Virus genome (UHGV): UHGV-1364441
Reading direction: 5' to 3' (one strand)
From: a virus
Length of the DNA stretch: 64,000 nt
In this document: positions 28,836 to 38,764 of the stretch, in pieces
How positions within the stretch are numbered: position 1 is the first letter of the stretch
How the letters are laid out: each line of letters opens with the position of its first letter
Notes under the pieces: model-generated
Seen by the model: the letters and a program-made list of their open reading frames with translations, nothing else
Told to the model about the DNA's origin: nothing
The model's database searches: none
Program-made: the position numbers and the translations under genes

Positions 28836-29812
28836 TTGTTCGGCACTCCTAATATCATTCGTGTTGTGTAGCCTACGCGGTCTTCAAAGTGCGCAACATT
28901 TTTTACTATCAGCTTGCGGGGCATTGATTCATCAATGCGGTTTTCCTGGTCATAGCGGTATACGATAATCTCTATTACCATTCCCGGTTTTATATCCGGA
29001 TTGCCTGCGACTTCTATATCCATTTTGGGGACGAGAGACAGCTGCATATTGCGAAGAGTTTCCATATCAGAGTCGGATATATAACGCACTGGGAGTGAGC
29101 TATCGCCATATTCGACGTAGCCATCGGTCATGGAATACCCAACAAAACGATATTGATTCTTTGCTGTTGTCGCATGTTCCTGTTGGAGTAGGCGCATTTT
29201 GGACAAAGTGTATTCTGCTTTAGGGTTATTCCCCTCGTAGGTAAATGATGGCGTTTGCTTCATCAGATCAGCCAGGGTGTAAAAGTTAAATTCCCCCCGG
29301 CATACCCAACATAATGCACCTTTGTCTCGCGCTATCTGCGAGAGCATTTTTGACGGTTTGTCGCCTGCGTTCAGGTGATATGTAACCGCACGCTTTAAGA
29401 CACTGCTGGAAATTTTAAGATTGCCGCTATACGCCTTGAATATGGTGTCCGGCGTTTTGTTCGTGTGTAGATTGGTGCGAGGGGAGGGGATCTTAAACCG
29501 ATGCACGTCTTCACTGACCGCAATAACGGTAACTACATCCCCAGCCAGCATTGCTGACGTAACAAAAAAAGTTGTTTTAAAAGTGCCTGCATTACCGTTT
29601 GGATCGCCCATTTCAGCCACCAGCGATGCACCGTATTTAGCTTTCCAGTCATCAATTATGGTGCCTGTCATGTCATGAATTTCCAGCTTCAATAACGGCG
29701 CTTTAAGGCTGCTCTTTTCCACGTACACTGCGGTAAAAATCCAGTCTCGTGGCACTTTGTTATCGTTAATTGTGACTGACTGGAGGAAGTATTGTTGTAA
29801 CTCCTGGGACAT
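28832..29812 (-). CDS. hypothetical structural protein
   Basis: 326-aa ORF coupled to the spike gene. Confidence 0.45.
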   Translation of the reverse strand: MSQELQQYFLQSVTINDNKVPRDWIFTAVYVEKSSLKAPLLKLEIHDMTGTIIDDWKAKYGASLVAEMGDPNGNAGTFKTTFFVTSAMLAGDVVTVIAVSEDVHRFKIPSPRTNLHTNKTPDTIFKAYSGNLKISSSVLKRAVTYHLNAGDKPSKMLSQIARDKGALCWVCRGEFNFYTLADLMKQTPSFTYEGNNPKAEYTLSKMRLLQQEHATTAKNQYRFVGYSMTDGYVEYGDSSLPVRYISDSDMETLRNMQLSLVPKMDIEVAGNPDIKPGMVIEIIVYRYDQENRIDESMPRKLIVKNVAHFEDRVGYTTRMILGVPNK

Positions 29813-29815
29813 TGA

Positions 29816-30583
29816 TTACCCCATAGCCAGCGAGGTTTCAGTAACAACGCGTTTCGCGTCCAATTCCCAGGCTGTGATTACATCCGCAATGACGCTTACA
29901 GGTGCCTGAGTAGCATAAATCCTCTCTTCTCCCACTGGTGCCGAAACATCCGTAAATCCAACGTCTTTAGCATCCTGAATGGAGCAAATCAGAGGAACAG
30001 GAACACGCACCAGGTTAGTGTTTGCCTCAAATTGTGTTCCGGTCATCAGGCGGAGCCGCGCGCCCAGCGAATTACACATCAGACTCATGGTTGCTTTATC
30101 AGTAGCCATTAACGTAACGTCATAAGTCAGGATAGCCTGGGTGTATTCCAGAGTCGCTAAAGGCATTCCAGTATCCGGGTTGCAAAAACTGGCAGTTTGC
30201 CTGCGGTCTATCTGCTGATCATCATTGATATAGCTGATATCCATAGACCGGGAGATGTTGATCAACGGCAAGGCATCGCGATTAATGTTCTGGTTTTCCG
30301 GTTTTCTTCCTTGCCCAGCATTTGCGCGACGAACTGCTTTAAGAAACTCGATCGCATTGTCGAAACGGGCCACATAGACACGCTCTGCTGGTGGACGATT
30401 CAGGAATGACGCAAAGCGTTTTTCTTCCGGCGCGGGGGCCACCAGTAAGATATCAGAAAAGATATTGCTGATTAGCGTAGCAAACGCGTTATCCACGTTT
30501 TCAAAGCCCGTGGTCTGGAATTTCCCTGTGCGTGAGGTTTGCCATTCACCTGTTCGCGCCAGGAGGGTTTTATTTGAAGTCAT
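29816..30583 (-). CDS. hypothetical protein
   Basis: 255-aa ORF in same operon. Confidence 0.45.
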   Translation of the reverse strand: MTSNKTLLARTGEWQTSRTGKFQTTGFENVDNAFATLISNIFSDILLVAPAPEEKRFASFLNRPPAERVYVARFDNAIEFLKAVRRANAGQGRKPENQNINRDALPLINISRSMDISYINDDQQIDRRQTASFCNPDTGMPLATLEYTQAILTYDVTLMATDKATMSLMCNSLGARLRLMTGTQFEANTNLVRVPVPLICSIQDAKDVGFTDVSAPVGEERIYATQAPVSVIADVITAWELDAKRVVTETSLAMG

Positions 30584-31494
30584 TCGATCACTCCGTTTTG
30601 AGTCGTATCAAAATTCCTGGCAGGTATGCAGTAGTAAAGCGAACCAACATGCTGTGTGCCGTAGCTAAAAATACGGTGCACGTACCACCAGCGGCGGGCT
30701 ACGCCGTTTACCATCTCTTCATTCCATTCAAGAATTGACCCGACGGGGACGTTATTTGCTGCAATACGCAGAATCAGAACATCATCGGTTAAGCCATCCT
30801 GCTCACCGTCTGCGTCAATCGCATGGAAAGAGTCACGCCCGTCCGGGTTATCCAGCACATAAACGATTTCAGGTTCCTGGTAAGTCAGTTCGCGCTGGTT
30901 GTTATCCAGTTCAGTGAATGACTCTTCTCCTGTTTCGTCGCTGACTACCCCATATGTGCCAACATCTGGTCGATATAAGAGAGCCTGAAACGCGTCTGGG
31001 CTGGATTCAATAATCAGCATCCAGTCTGCGCGGATTTGGTCGTTAAAGGCTTTATGCCCGTTATAGCGCGCTTTTAGCTGTGGAGTTGGTTCTCTGCCTG
31101 CCAGGGAAGGTGGAAGTATGGCTATATCTGATTCGCCAGCATCTGGAGTAAGGCCACCGTTGCTATCAGCAAAATTATCATGGCTATCAGCTTTGGCGGC
31201 GGGTTGCTCTTCCAGAATGCTGAATGAATCCGAACTGGTATTGCCATGTTCCGGCGCGCCTCCTGCATTCGCTTCAATCGGCGCTGGCGTTTCTCTCTGC
31301 GTGCTGTCATGTTCTGACCCCTTACTTGCCAGGTTTGCATCGTCAGAAAACCATTCGTCAAAACGGCCCATAAGCATCCTCAAAGGTCGATTTATCAGGT
31401 ATCGAGGGGCATTGTCTGGAGATTGTGATTTCACATGAACAAGCTCAAGTTGCACTTGCACTTGCGCATGGTGAATTGGGTTACAATTCATCAC
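30580..31494 (-). CDS. hypothetical protein (acidic, low-complexity N-terminal region)
   Basis: 304-aa ORF; start uncertain. Confidence 0.4.
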   Translation of the reverse strand: MMNCNPIHHAQVQVQLELVHVKSQSPDNAPRYLINRPLRMLMGRFDEWFSDDANLASKGSEHDSTQRETPAPIEANAGGAPEHGNTSSDSFSILEEQPAAKADSHDNFADSNGGLTPDAGESDIAILPPSLAGREPTPQLKARYNGHKAFNDQIRADWMLIIESSPDAFQALLYRPDVGTYGVVSDETGEESFTELDNNQRELTYQEPEIVYVLDNPDGRDSFHAIDADGEQDGLTDDVLILRIAANNVPVGSILEWNEEMVNGVARRWWYVHRIFSYGTQHVGSLYYCIPARNFDTTQNGVIE

Positions 31495-31677
31495 AAAGCC
31501 ATCTTTTATGCTACATTTGCATTTTTTTATTGTTATTATATCATTATTCGTGTCTTAGGCTGATTGTTGTACTATTGCTTGTTGCGAAGTGAATTTGTGC
31601 ATAAGTAACCAGTTGAGTAGAGAGACACGTCGCTCAGAGCGTGGAAAGTATTGAGTGCAATAGAGAGATAATACAAA

Positions 31678-31878
31678 ATGAGGAAGATTCTTTTGACATC
31701 AGAGGTCAAGACCTTGCTACGCATCAAGTCTGATCGGACCCTGACGAAGATGATTAATAGAGGCGAGTTCCCCAAAGGATTCCGTATCGGGCTGCGTCGC
31801 ATTGGCTGGTATGAAGACGAGGTGCTAGCTTGGTTGAAAGAGCGTGAGGAAGAAGCTCGTGGCGGAGAGATGTCATAA
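31678..31878 (+). CDS. AlpA-family phage transcriptional regulator / excisionase-like DNA-binding protein
   Basis: 66 aa with ...RIGLRRIGWYEDEVLAWL... pattern typical of AlpA/Xis HTH proteins. Confidence 0.65.
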   Translation: MRKILLTSEVKTLLRIKSDRTLTKMINRGEFPKGFRIGLRRIGWYEDEVLAWLKEREEEARGGEMS

Positions 31879-31935
31879 TCTCCAACCAGAAGAACTGGAA
31901 TGAGTTCATCCCCGCCCAGAAGGGCGGGGATGACG

Positions 31936-33138
31936 TTAAGTTTTAGCATTGTTCTTCACATATTCCACAAACATCTTTTCTGCTTGTGCTGGTGGCGTGC
32001 CCGTCATGATAAGAGCATCAATAAACGCCTGCTTCTTCAGTGCGAACTGATCAGCAAGGCGTTGCTGAAGTTCCTTGTTTTTCTGTTTCTCTCGTTGCAA
32101 AGCTGCTTCTTTTGCCTCCGCCCGTTTTTTCTGTGCGTCTGACAACTTTCTGGCCCTGGTCAGTTGGTCACGTAGCTTGTCGATCTTGCCGTTGTCCTTT
32201 GCCAGTTTTGTACTTAAAGCGGTCTGGCGCTTCTGATAGAGCCTCCATTCGCGCTTGGCGGCGTCAACGTTCGTTTTACTGCTACGATTGCGATTAAACT
32301 CCTTCTCGTCTTCTTTTGAGAAGTGTTTGGTTGTACGGCGCCGATCGTCACCAAATGCAATTTGCGTTGCGGCCTTTTGTAACGCACGAGCAATACTCAT
32401 TTGCCAACTGGCGGACTGTAACCGCGTCATTGAGTGGATCACGTGTTTACAGGCGACGCCTTGTAGCTTAGGGTTACGAACTTTTGGATAGGCGTATTCT
32501 TTTGGCGGGGCCAGGGCAAAGTTACCCGCAGTAGCAATGTAACGATACCAGTATTGATGACGACCACAGTCACAATCGAAAGACACTCGCCCGGCGCACA
32601 GTGATTTAGTGATTTTGAGAGCTGATTTATCGTCTTCTGCGATGTCATCAACCATCTGATCCCATTCTTCAAAGCGTATACGGACGATATGGTGCTGGTG
32701 GACGGATATATCCGATGCTTCTACGCGGATATTAATCACATTGTGGCGAAGAGATACGGGTGTAGCTCTTTTGATACCAGATCCGTCATCCACGGCGTTA
32801 TTTGCACGCTTAATATCGATTGCCTGGCTGGATGCCACCAGCTGGGCGTATGTGATGCCAGCCGTCTTGCTGTCATATTTTTCGCGCGTTTTACTCCGTA
32901 GCTTTTCGAAACCTTTCAGGTCGTCTCGCGTGAAGAACGTGCCGCCTTTTTTCTTCCCTAACTTGAGAATATCTTCGGCGGATTTGTTCCTCAGTCTACC
33001 TGGCGTCAGCGTCCGGTGAGCTTGTCGGCGCTTACGGGTTTGTTCTTTCCTGATAAGCTCGAATAAACGCGTGAAGTCCTTAGAGGACAGGCCGTCAGTG
33101 ATATAGCGCCCGTCCTGGTTTTTCAGGAAATCAGGCAT
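31936..33138 (-). CDS. SWIM-type zinc-finger protein with basic coiled-coil C-terminus
   Basis: 400 aa; CAGRVSFDCDCGRHQYWYRYI...ACKHVIH gives a CxCx(n)CxH arrangement; C-terminal ~90 aa Lys/Arg/Glu-rich. Confidence 0.5.
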   Translation of the reverse strand: MPDFLKNQDGRYITDGLSSKDFTRLFELIRKEQTRKRRQAHRTLTPGRLRNKSAEDILKLGKKKGGTFFTRDDLKGFEKLRSKTREKYDSKTAGITYAQLVASSQAIDIKRANNAVDDGSGIKRATPVSLRHNVINIRVEASDISVHQHHIVRIRFEEWDQMVDDIAEDDKSALKITKSLCAGRVSFDCDCGRHQYWYRYIATAGNFALAPPKEYAYPKVRNPKLQGVACKHVIHSMTRLQSASWQMSIARALQKAATQIAFGDDRRRTTKHFSKEDEKEFNRNRSSKTNVDAAKREWRLYQKRQTALSTKLAKDNGKIDKLRDQLTRARKLSDAQKKRAEAKEAALQREKQKNKELQQRLADQFALKKQAFIDALIMTGTPPAQAEKMFVEYVKNNAKT

Positions 33139-33460
33139 TTTCTATCTCCGGTTCCGCGCTCGCGTAATCACGGATCTTGTTCCTCAGCCATGCGACATCA
33201 GGAAGAGTTAACGTGGTCCCGGCGGGCATTTCTTCCATTTCTGACTCATGGCCCACCAGCACCCGGAATACCCAGCGCAAATCTGCATTGCCATACGCCC
33301 TGTAGGCTGCAAGGTCTGAACGATATACTTCATCAATCTTTATCGTGTACTGGAAATTATCAGAGTGATACTCCGATACCCGCTTAATCATTTCCTGGTG
33401 AAACAGCGCACGAAAAATATCGTCTTCAATGTACCTATCGTCGAGTCTGCTATAGCCCAT
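33131..33460 (-). CDS. hypothetical protein
   Basis: 109-aa ORF overlapping start of SWIM gene by 8 nt. Confidence 0.45.
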   Translation of the reverse strand: MGYSRLDDRYIEDDIFRALFHQEMIKRVSEYHSDNFQYTIKIDEVYRSDLAAYRAYGNADLRWVFRVLVGHESEMEEMPAGTTLTLPDVAWLRNKIRDYASAEPEIENA

Positions 33461-33551
33461 AACAAAGCTCCTCAGTCATAACCTGGGGAAACTTTATGGA
33501 GGATGTGAAATGCGAGAAAGCAGCGTCACCAGGGCGGGTGACGCTGTGAAA

Positions 33552-33845
33552 TTAAGCGTGGAAAAATAACGGGCGGATATTTGGGCGAGCGGTTTGTGAA
33601 GCGACCCAAAGCTCATACTGGGATTGCATACCAGTCCACATCTCGGCACTGGTTCCCAGAGCAGATTCCAGACGAAGCGCCATATCAGCAGAAATCCCTG
33701 CTTTCTCGTTCAGAATCCGAGAAAGCGCCGTGCGAGTAATGCCTAATGCGGCAGCTGCATCTGTGACTGATATGTCTCCCAGATACTCACGAAGAACCGC
33801 GCCAGGATGCGCGGGATTATGCATACGACTCATAGTGTTCCTCAA
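33552..33845 (-). CDS. higA: HigA-family antitoxin (XRE HTH)
   Basis: [15 protein letters not shown]...[37 protein letters not shown] is the characteristic HigA/VapI pattern; overlaps toxin gene by 4 nt. Confidence 0.8.
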   Translation of the reverse strand: MRNTMSRMHNPAHPGAVLREYLGDISVTDAAAALGITRTALSRILNEKAGISADMALRLESALGTSAEMWTGMQSQYELWVASQTARPNIRPLFFHA

Positions 33846-34123
33846 TGATAATCCTGATAGTCAACAAGAATTGCGTCTTCGCCTTCAAATCGGAAGGTAA
33901 GTCGCCAGTTACCGTTTACTGATATTGCCCAGTGACCTTTAAGGTCTGCCCCCTTTAGTGGGTGCAATTCCCATCCCGGCGCAGACATATCGTCCGGGCG
34001 TTTAGCTGCATTAAGAGCAGTCAATTGAATGCGTAGCTTAATCGCATGTTTAGCTTGAATGCCTGCTGTTGATCCTGTCTTGAAAAATCGTTCAAGCCCT
34101 TTATGGCGAAATGACTTAATCAA
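33842..34123 (-). CDS. higB: HigB-family toxin (RelE/ParE superfamily)
   Basis: (M)[17 protein letters not shown]... with C-terminal [14 protein letters not shown]; start assigned to TTG at 34123 (ORF track extends to TTG at 34186 through the palindromic operator). Confidence 0.75.
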   Translation of the reverse strand: MIKSFRHKGLERFFKTGSTAGIQAKHAIKLRIQLTALNAAKRPDDMSAPGWELHPLKGADLKGHWAISVNGNWRLTFRFEGEDAILVDYQDYH

Positions 34124-34147
34124 AATAACTTCATCCGTGCCTGTATC

Positions 34148-34161
34148 CTGTGTATACACAG
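34148..34161. promoter_or_regulatory. 14-bp perfect palindrome (ctgtgtatacacag) upstream of higB, putative HigA operator
   Basis: Read in sequence ~25 bp upstream of proposed TTG start. Confidence 0.5.
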
Positions 34162-34459
34162 TACACACGGAGAGGGCAAAGTGCAAGCACTATTCGGATG
34201 AACAGAGTTAGTTCGTTGTTCTGGAATTTATTGATTGTCAACAAGTGACTTTCATTAAACTTAAGGCATGGACCAGCTCGATAGTGAGCTGGTTGTTATC
34301 TACAGATCGAAGGGATTCGACAAGATGAATACTTTTAATAAGCTGATTGATTTATTGAATAAATTCATTAGCGCCTCTTTAACTAAGCAGGTGTCCACGT
34401 CAGTGTTTTTGTTACTCTTCTACCTGGTATTGCGGGAGTTAACAAAGCTACTGATGTGA

Positions 34460-35113
34460 TCAAAGTATCACTGTATCTTCATCAACTTCTTTCCCAGCCA
34501 GTGAATTTGGCTGGGGACTGCCTGCTTTAACCTTTTCATGCCCAATAATGGACAGGAACGAAGCGAGGATGCCTGTTTTGTGCTCTTTCTCGACTGTACC
34601 TGTCATCTGTTCCACGTAATCCGCACTGGCAACGTTGTGGTATACGGTCGCGTAGCAACACAGGATCATAAGAATATGTTCCGGCCTGATGTCCTGCCAG
34701 TTCACCCGGTAGACTTCTTCTCCGTTACCGTTGTATTCGGTGTCAACGATGGAGTCGGGGATTTCGAAAGCACCTTTGTTATTTTGCGGCAGGGATAATA
34801 GCTTCTGGAGTTTTAGCTCTCTGTATCTTTCCATCCCGACGATGATCGCAGCTCTGCCGTCGGCATGACGTGTCTTGAGTGTTACCTGGCTTGCTCCGGT
34901 GCCAGCGGAGATCGTTGGCGTAATTTCGTCTACCAGCACCTTAAATTTGCTTTTCCGCAGGGCTGCTATAGCTGGAGGAATTTTTTGCTTTTGTTCCAAT
35001 GCTGACGCGGGAAGGGGTTTTACTTCGTTAATCACGAGAGCGCCGTCTTTCAGTATTGCAGTGAGCATTTGCGGTTTGCTGGTGGTCAGGCTGAATATTG
35101 CGATCTTTTCCAT
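34460..35113 (-). CDS. hypothetical protein
   Basis: Start at MEKIAIF with GGAGGAAGG RBS; ORF-track start at 35155 lies inside a terminator hairpin. Confidence 0.5.
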   Translation of the reverse strand: MEKIAIFSLTTSKPQMLTAILKDGALVINEVKPLPASALEQKQKIPPAIAALRKSKFKVLVDEITPTISAGTGASQVTLKTRHADGRAAIIVGMERYRELKLQKLLSLPQNNKGAFEIPDSIVDTEYNGNGEEVYRVNWQDIRPEHILMILCCYATVYHNVASADYVEQMTGTVEKEHKTGILASFLSIIGHEKVKAGSPQPNSLAGKEVDEDTVIL

Positions 35114-35140
35114 TGTCCTTCCTCCACGGATGACGGATAC

Positions 35141-35164
35141 AAAAAAAGGCCGCACATGGCGGCC
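35141..35164 (-). terminator. rho-independent terminator on minus strand immediately upstream of 34460..35113
   Basis: ggccgc-acatg-gcggcc followed on the minus strand by seven U. Confidence 0.55.
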
Positions 35165-35381
35165 TGCTTTGGCGTTATGACTCCCTACCGCGCTTCGGCT
35201 GAAAGTTAATCGTCAAAAGAACCTTCAACGGGAGCCGTTAGCGCGATGGATTATGTGCAGTTTGTGATTTCCAGAATAGTGTCAACTACTTTTTTGTGGA
35301 TTTTTTATTTGCCTGAAATTTGGCCTAAATCATGTTGATGTAGCTTGTTGTTTTTATAACATAAAACTTCATTTTGTTTAC

Positions 35382-36005
35382 ATGAAGGACGGTGTAGTGA
35401 AGTTAAGGGTTTTGGGGGCCGCGCTCGCGGCTATGCTGGGATGTGTATCTGTAAATACAGCCACTGCAACTGCGTTACCCGCACAATTCAGGGCAGGGAA
35501 GCAGGTTATGAATAATGCTGGCGGGGATCGTTCGCAGGCGGCGATATTGGACTTTTGCAAGAGGGAGGGCATCCCATTGCGGCCTGTTGGCACTCAGTTT
35601 GTTGGCAATTCTGACTTTTGCGTTTTTGCATATACAGCGTATCTGACTGATAAAGCTATAACAAAAACAGGTTATTCAACTAAAGATACTCTTGCCAGAT
35701 TAAGTCAGGGATGGCAGCAATTCGAAGTGTATCGCCAGCAAGGATTAGGTGAGCTATTGCAGCCACTTTTTATGCTTGCCTTGGTGCCAGAAGGGCAGCA
35801 ATTTTTGGTTAAAAAGAGAATGCTTCGCCAAAGCGATGTTGCCGGGTTCGATAGCATGATGGCTTATGAGCGCCAACTAACTGAGCAGCGCAATAAAAAA
35901 CCATCTGCATCATGTGTGCAAAGTAAAACAGCAGAATACAGTGCAGTGGCTGGTCCTTTAGCCAAACAAATGGCAGAGCAATGGTGTAAAAAGTACGGGC
36001 AATAA
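35382..36005 (+). CDS. secreted protein / possible lipoprotein
   Basis: N-terminal signal peptide (LRVLGAALAAMLGC); no family recognised. Confidence 0.5.
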   Translation: MKDGVVKLRVLGAALAAMLGCVSVNTATATALPAQFRAGKQVMNNAGGDRSQAAILDFCKREGIPLRPVGTQFVGNSDFCVFAYTAYLTDKAITKTGYSTKDTLARLSQGWQQFEVYRQQGLGELLQPLFMLALVPEGQQFLVKKRMLRQSDVAGFDSMMAYERQLTEQRNKKPSASCVQSKTAEYSAVAGPLAKQMAEQWCKKYGQ

Positions 36006-36025
36006 GTTACGTAGCGGAGGCAAAA

Positions 36026-36418
36026 TTGAAAAAATTAGCTATTGCTTTATTGGCTGCTTTTCCTTTGCTGGCAGACGCTGGGAATCTGCAAGTGAAATGC
36101 GGTCAGTTTGATATAAAAATCTATCCAAACGCTATATTTCTGAACGGGAATAAGGTCGATAACGCACATCGTAAAACTGAATCTGACGTAATGAGTTATG
36201 TGTTCCAGGAATATGCAGAGATGGGAGGCACTTATACGCTGTACTCGCTTGATGTTCCTTCTCGCGGTGATATGACATTATCCCATCAATGGCAGAATGC
36301 CGATGGCGAAGCTCTGCGCGAGGTGAAGACAGAAAAATGTGGCACTTTCCATTCTTTTGAGGGTAAAGCGCCAAATGTTAAATCTGTGCTTGAAAAACAG
36401 CGTGCAGGTGAGTTTTAA
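36026..36418 (+). CDS. secreted protein
   Basis: Signal peptide MKKLAIALLAAFPLLADA; 130 aa. Confidence 0.5.
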   Translation: MKKLAIALLAAFPLLADAGNLQVKCGQFDIKIYPNAIFLNGNKVDNAHRKTESDVMSYVFQEYAEMGGTYTLYSLDVPSRGDMTLSHQWQNADGEALREVKTEKCGTFHSFEGKAPNVKSVLEKQRAGEF

Positions 36419-36432
36419 CCAGTATTAATTAT

Positions 36433-36470
36433 GCCGCCCCACCTTATAGCGGAGTGGGGCGGATTGTTCC
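36433..36470 (+). terminator. rho-independent terminator after secreted-protein pair
   Basis: ccgcccca...tggggcgg hairpin followed by T-rich tract. Confidence 0.5.
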
Positions 36471-36964
36471 CATTGTTATTTTTTTCTTTTCATTTTCATG
36501 GATTGTTTACAGGCATAAGCCAACGCCTTAGCTTTCACTTCATCCAGTTTCCCTGTAATCACTTCTTTTCCGAGAGTGACAAACCAGTCATAGCAACCGC
36601 CAGTGATGTTCTGGATTTGATAATTCAGGTAGCGAACGGTCATTTTGATACTCCCTCCAGTTTTGATGGGAGCAAAGAACGCAGGTTATTGCGTGAGTAG
36701 ACGGTGAGTGATGGGAAAAGTTTGTAATTGTTCATAGTGACTCCTTGCTTTCGAAGCCGTCACAGACTGTTCCACGGTCTGGTGGCGGCGCAATACAGGT
36801 TGGAACACCGTGAGTCAACGGGGGCTTTTAGCCACCTGTATTGCGCTGCCATAACTATGACATTGGCAATCATACGAAATCCTTGAGGATTTGTCTCGTT
36901 GCGTCGAGCGGTGAACCAATCTAATCAAAATGTACAATCAGTAAATTTCAAACTCAACATAAAA

Positions 36965-36976
36965 TGTTAGAAAATT
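36965..36976. promoter_or_regulatory. operator-like motif tgttagaaaatt
   Basis: Member of recurring motif family; overlaps stop of ref-like gene. Confidence 0.4.
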
Positions 36977-37553
36977 AATTCACCATTTCTTGCACCGTCT
37001 GATAGAGCGTCATCTCTTCGGCATTGTGCCGTATAAAATCTGCTTTCCCGCCTATTTTTCCATCAGCATGAACAGGAACCAACCAGGGATATTGTTCGCG
37101 GATCTCTGCTGGCGCTGCGTGCTGGTGGTGCCATTTACACAAAGGGAGAACGTATTTATGGGCATCTTTAGCCGTTCTGCCAAATATGTGGTGGAGAGAT
37201 ACGACAGGGCTATGCTTCCCGTGAAGATGGCAGGCAATACAGGGGAGTTTGCCTATAGCGTCCTGTATCCGGCGCTCTTCTGCTGTGAGTGATCTCCCTT
37301 TTAATCCGCGTGACGGGCGCGTTTTTTTGGGGAGGGCTGACGCCGCCCTCTCTCTTCTGCGCTGTTCACTTTGCCTCACTTTTTCAAGTTTCTTTTGACG
37401 ATATTCAGGCGATGCGGCTTTTTCCCTTGCGCGTTGCTGCTGGCGTTGAGCCTGCTGAAGACGTTTTGCCCTTTGCTCTTCCCGCCATTCCGGATCAGCC
37501 AGTTTTTGCATGGCTTTTTGTCTCTGTTTCTCCCAATAACTCTGTCTCTGCAT
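36975..37553 (-). CDS. ref: Ref-like HNH endonuclease (P1 recombination enhancement function-like)
   Basis: Arg/Gln-rich N-terminus then HNH zinc-finger block LPCIACHLHG...VSLHHI.GRT...LPLCKWHHQHAAP...YPWLVPVHADG, matching P1 Ref as recalled. Confidence 0.7.
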   Translation of the reverse strand: MQRQSYWEKQRQKAMQKLADPEWREEQRAKRLQQAQRQQQRAREKAASPEYRQKKLEKVRQSEQRRRERAASALPKKTRPSRGLKGRSLTAEERRIQDAIGKLPCIACHLHGKHSPVVSLHHIFGRTAKDAHKYVLPLCKWHHQHAAPAEIREQYPWLVPVHADGKIGGKADFIRHNAEEMTLYQTVQEMVN

Positions 37554-37600
37554 GTTGGCTGCCTCTTACTTATCAGCGATTTTTTTATGATTGATCATCT

Positions 37601-37631
37601 TTGTTAGATATTCAAAATTGATTTTCTAACA
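37601..37631. promoter_or_regulatory. inverted pair of operator-like motifs in divergent promoter region between ref-like gene and 37827 gene
   Basis: tgttagatattcaaaattgattttctaaca. Confidence 0.5.
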
Positions 37632-37826
37632 TAAAACATTAATATCAGTCGCTGTTTACTGTTTGGAGGACATGATGCTTATAGCCTTAAGTGCGATCCA
37701 CCAGCCACCTGTGAATGAGATCGGCCTGTTTTATGTGCTGTTTTTCGGCGCGTTGGCGCTACTTGAGCTTGGTATTGAGCTTTTTGCAGTGCTTATGTTT
37801 TGCGTCACGATGCTGGGGAAATTTTG

Positions 37827-38450
37827 ATGGTGAAACGTGTTTTGAAAATTTACATCGCGGGTCCGATGACTGGTTATCCAGATTACAACCGCGCGGCGTT
37901 TAATGCGAAGGCGAGTGAGCTGACGGCTGAAGGGCATATCGTTCTGAATCCAGCGGTGTTACCTGGTGGCCTTTGTCAGAGTGAATACATGGATATTTGC
38001 CTGGCAATGGTGCGTTCTGCTGATGCTATCTATCTGCTTAAGGGCTGGGAAGCGTCCGCAGGAGCACGAGCAGAACACGCCCTGGCTGAAAAACTGGAGC
38101 TGACGGTAATTTATGAAGCGCCATCTGACACAGATTGCAGAATGGCAGCGCATATTTACCGCGAACTGGTCGATGCGTTACGTGATGTTGCTATTGAATG
38201 TCACGGCACGGATCAGCTTCGCGCTCGCTTAAGCAATACCCTTTCCAGTTACCTGTCTTTAGCCGAAGGATACAACCTCCGACAGCGGAGAATGGTCAAA
38301 TTAATCACGCGTTTATCTCAATCCCTGGCAAATGCCGAACCAACTAATCCGCTACCTAATGACGCAATGAATTATCTGAAGTCATGCGGCGTTGTTTCTG
38401 AAGATGCAGTTCGTTTTGTGGAGTTTATGTCTCAGAGGATGTCGGCGTGA
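37827..38450 (+). CDS. DUF4406-like (nucleoside 2-deoxyribosyltransferase-like fold) protein with extra C-terminal domain
   Basis: N-terminus KIYIAGPMTGYPDYN... typical of DUF4406; start at MVKR with GGGGAAA RBS (ORF track 37800). Confidence 0.5.
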   Translation: MVKRVLKIYIAGPMTGYPDYNRAAFNAKASELTAEGHIVLNPAVLPGGLCQSEYMDICLAMVRSADAIYLLKGWEASAGARAEHALAEKLELTVIYEAPSDTDCRMAAHIYRELVDALRDVAIECHGTDQLRARLSNTLSSYLSLAEGYNLRQRRMVKLITRLSQSLANAEPTNPLPNDAMNYLKSCGVVSEDAVRFVEFMSQRMSA

Positions 38451-38764
38451 GCTGGCGGGGATGGGGAAGGGCGGAAATCATGATACTCCGCCAGTGCGCC
38501 GGAACTATGACAGTCGAGACTATTGGGAGACTGATCGGACGTACCGGTGGCGCAGTCAGGACTAAAGCGCGGCAACTGCGGATCAGCATGATTCTGAAAG
38601 GAGACTTTCACCAGTCAGCCAAATACCGGCAGAGCGATATAGAACTGGCGCGGCAGCTTCATCAGTGTGGTGTTCCCCGCCGTGAGATCGCAGAAAAACT
38701 CGAAATGCCCCTGGGAATGATTAATCAGTACGTTTATTTCGAAAGGAGAGTGCATGAAGTCTGA
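38447..38764 (+). CDS. hypothetical small protein, possible DNA-binding
   Basis: 105 aa, GTG or internal ATG start; two HTH-like segments. Confidence 0.4.
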   Translation: MSWRGWGRAEIMILRQCAGTMTVETIGRLIGRTGGAVRTKARQLRISMILKGDFHQSAKYRQSDIELARQLHQCGVPRREIAEKLEMPLGMINQYVYFERRVHEV

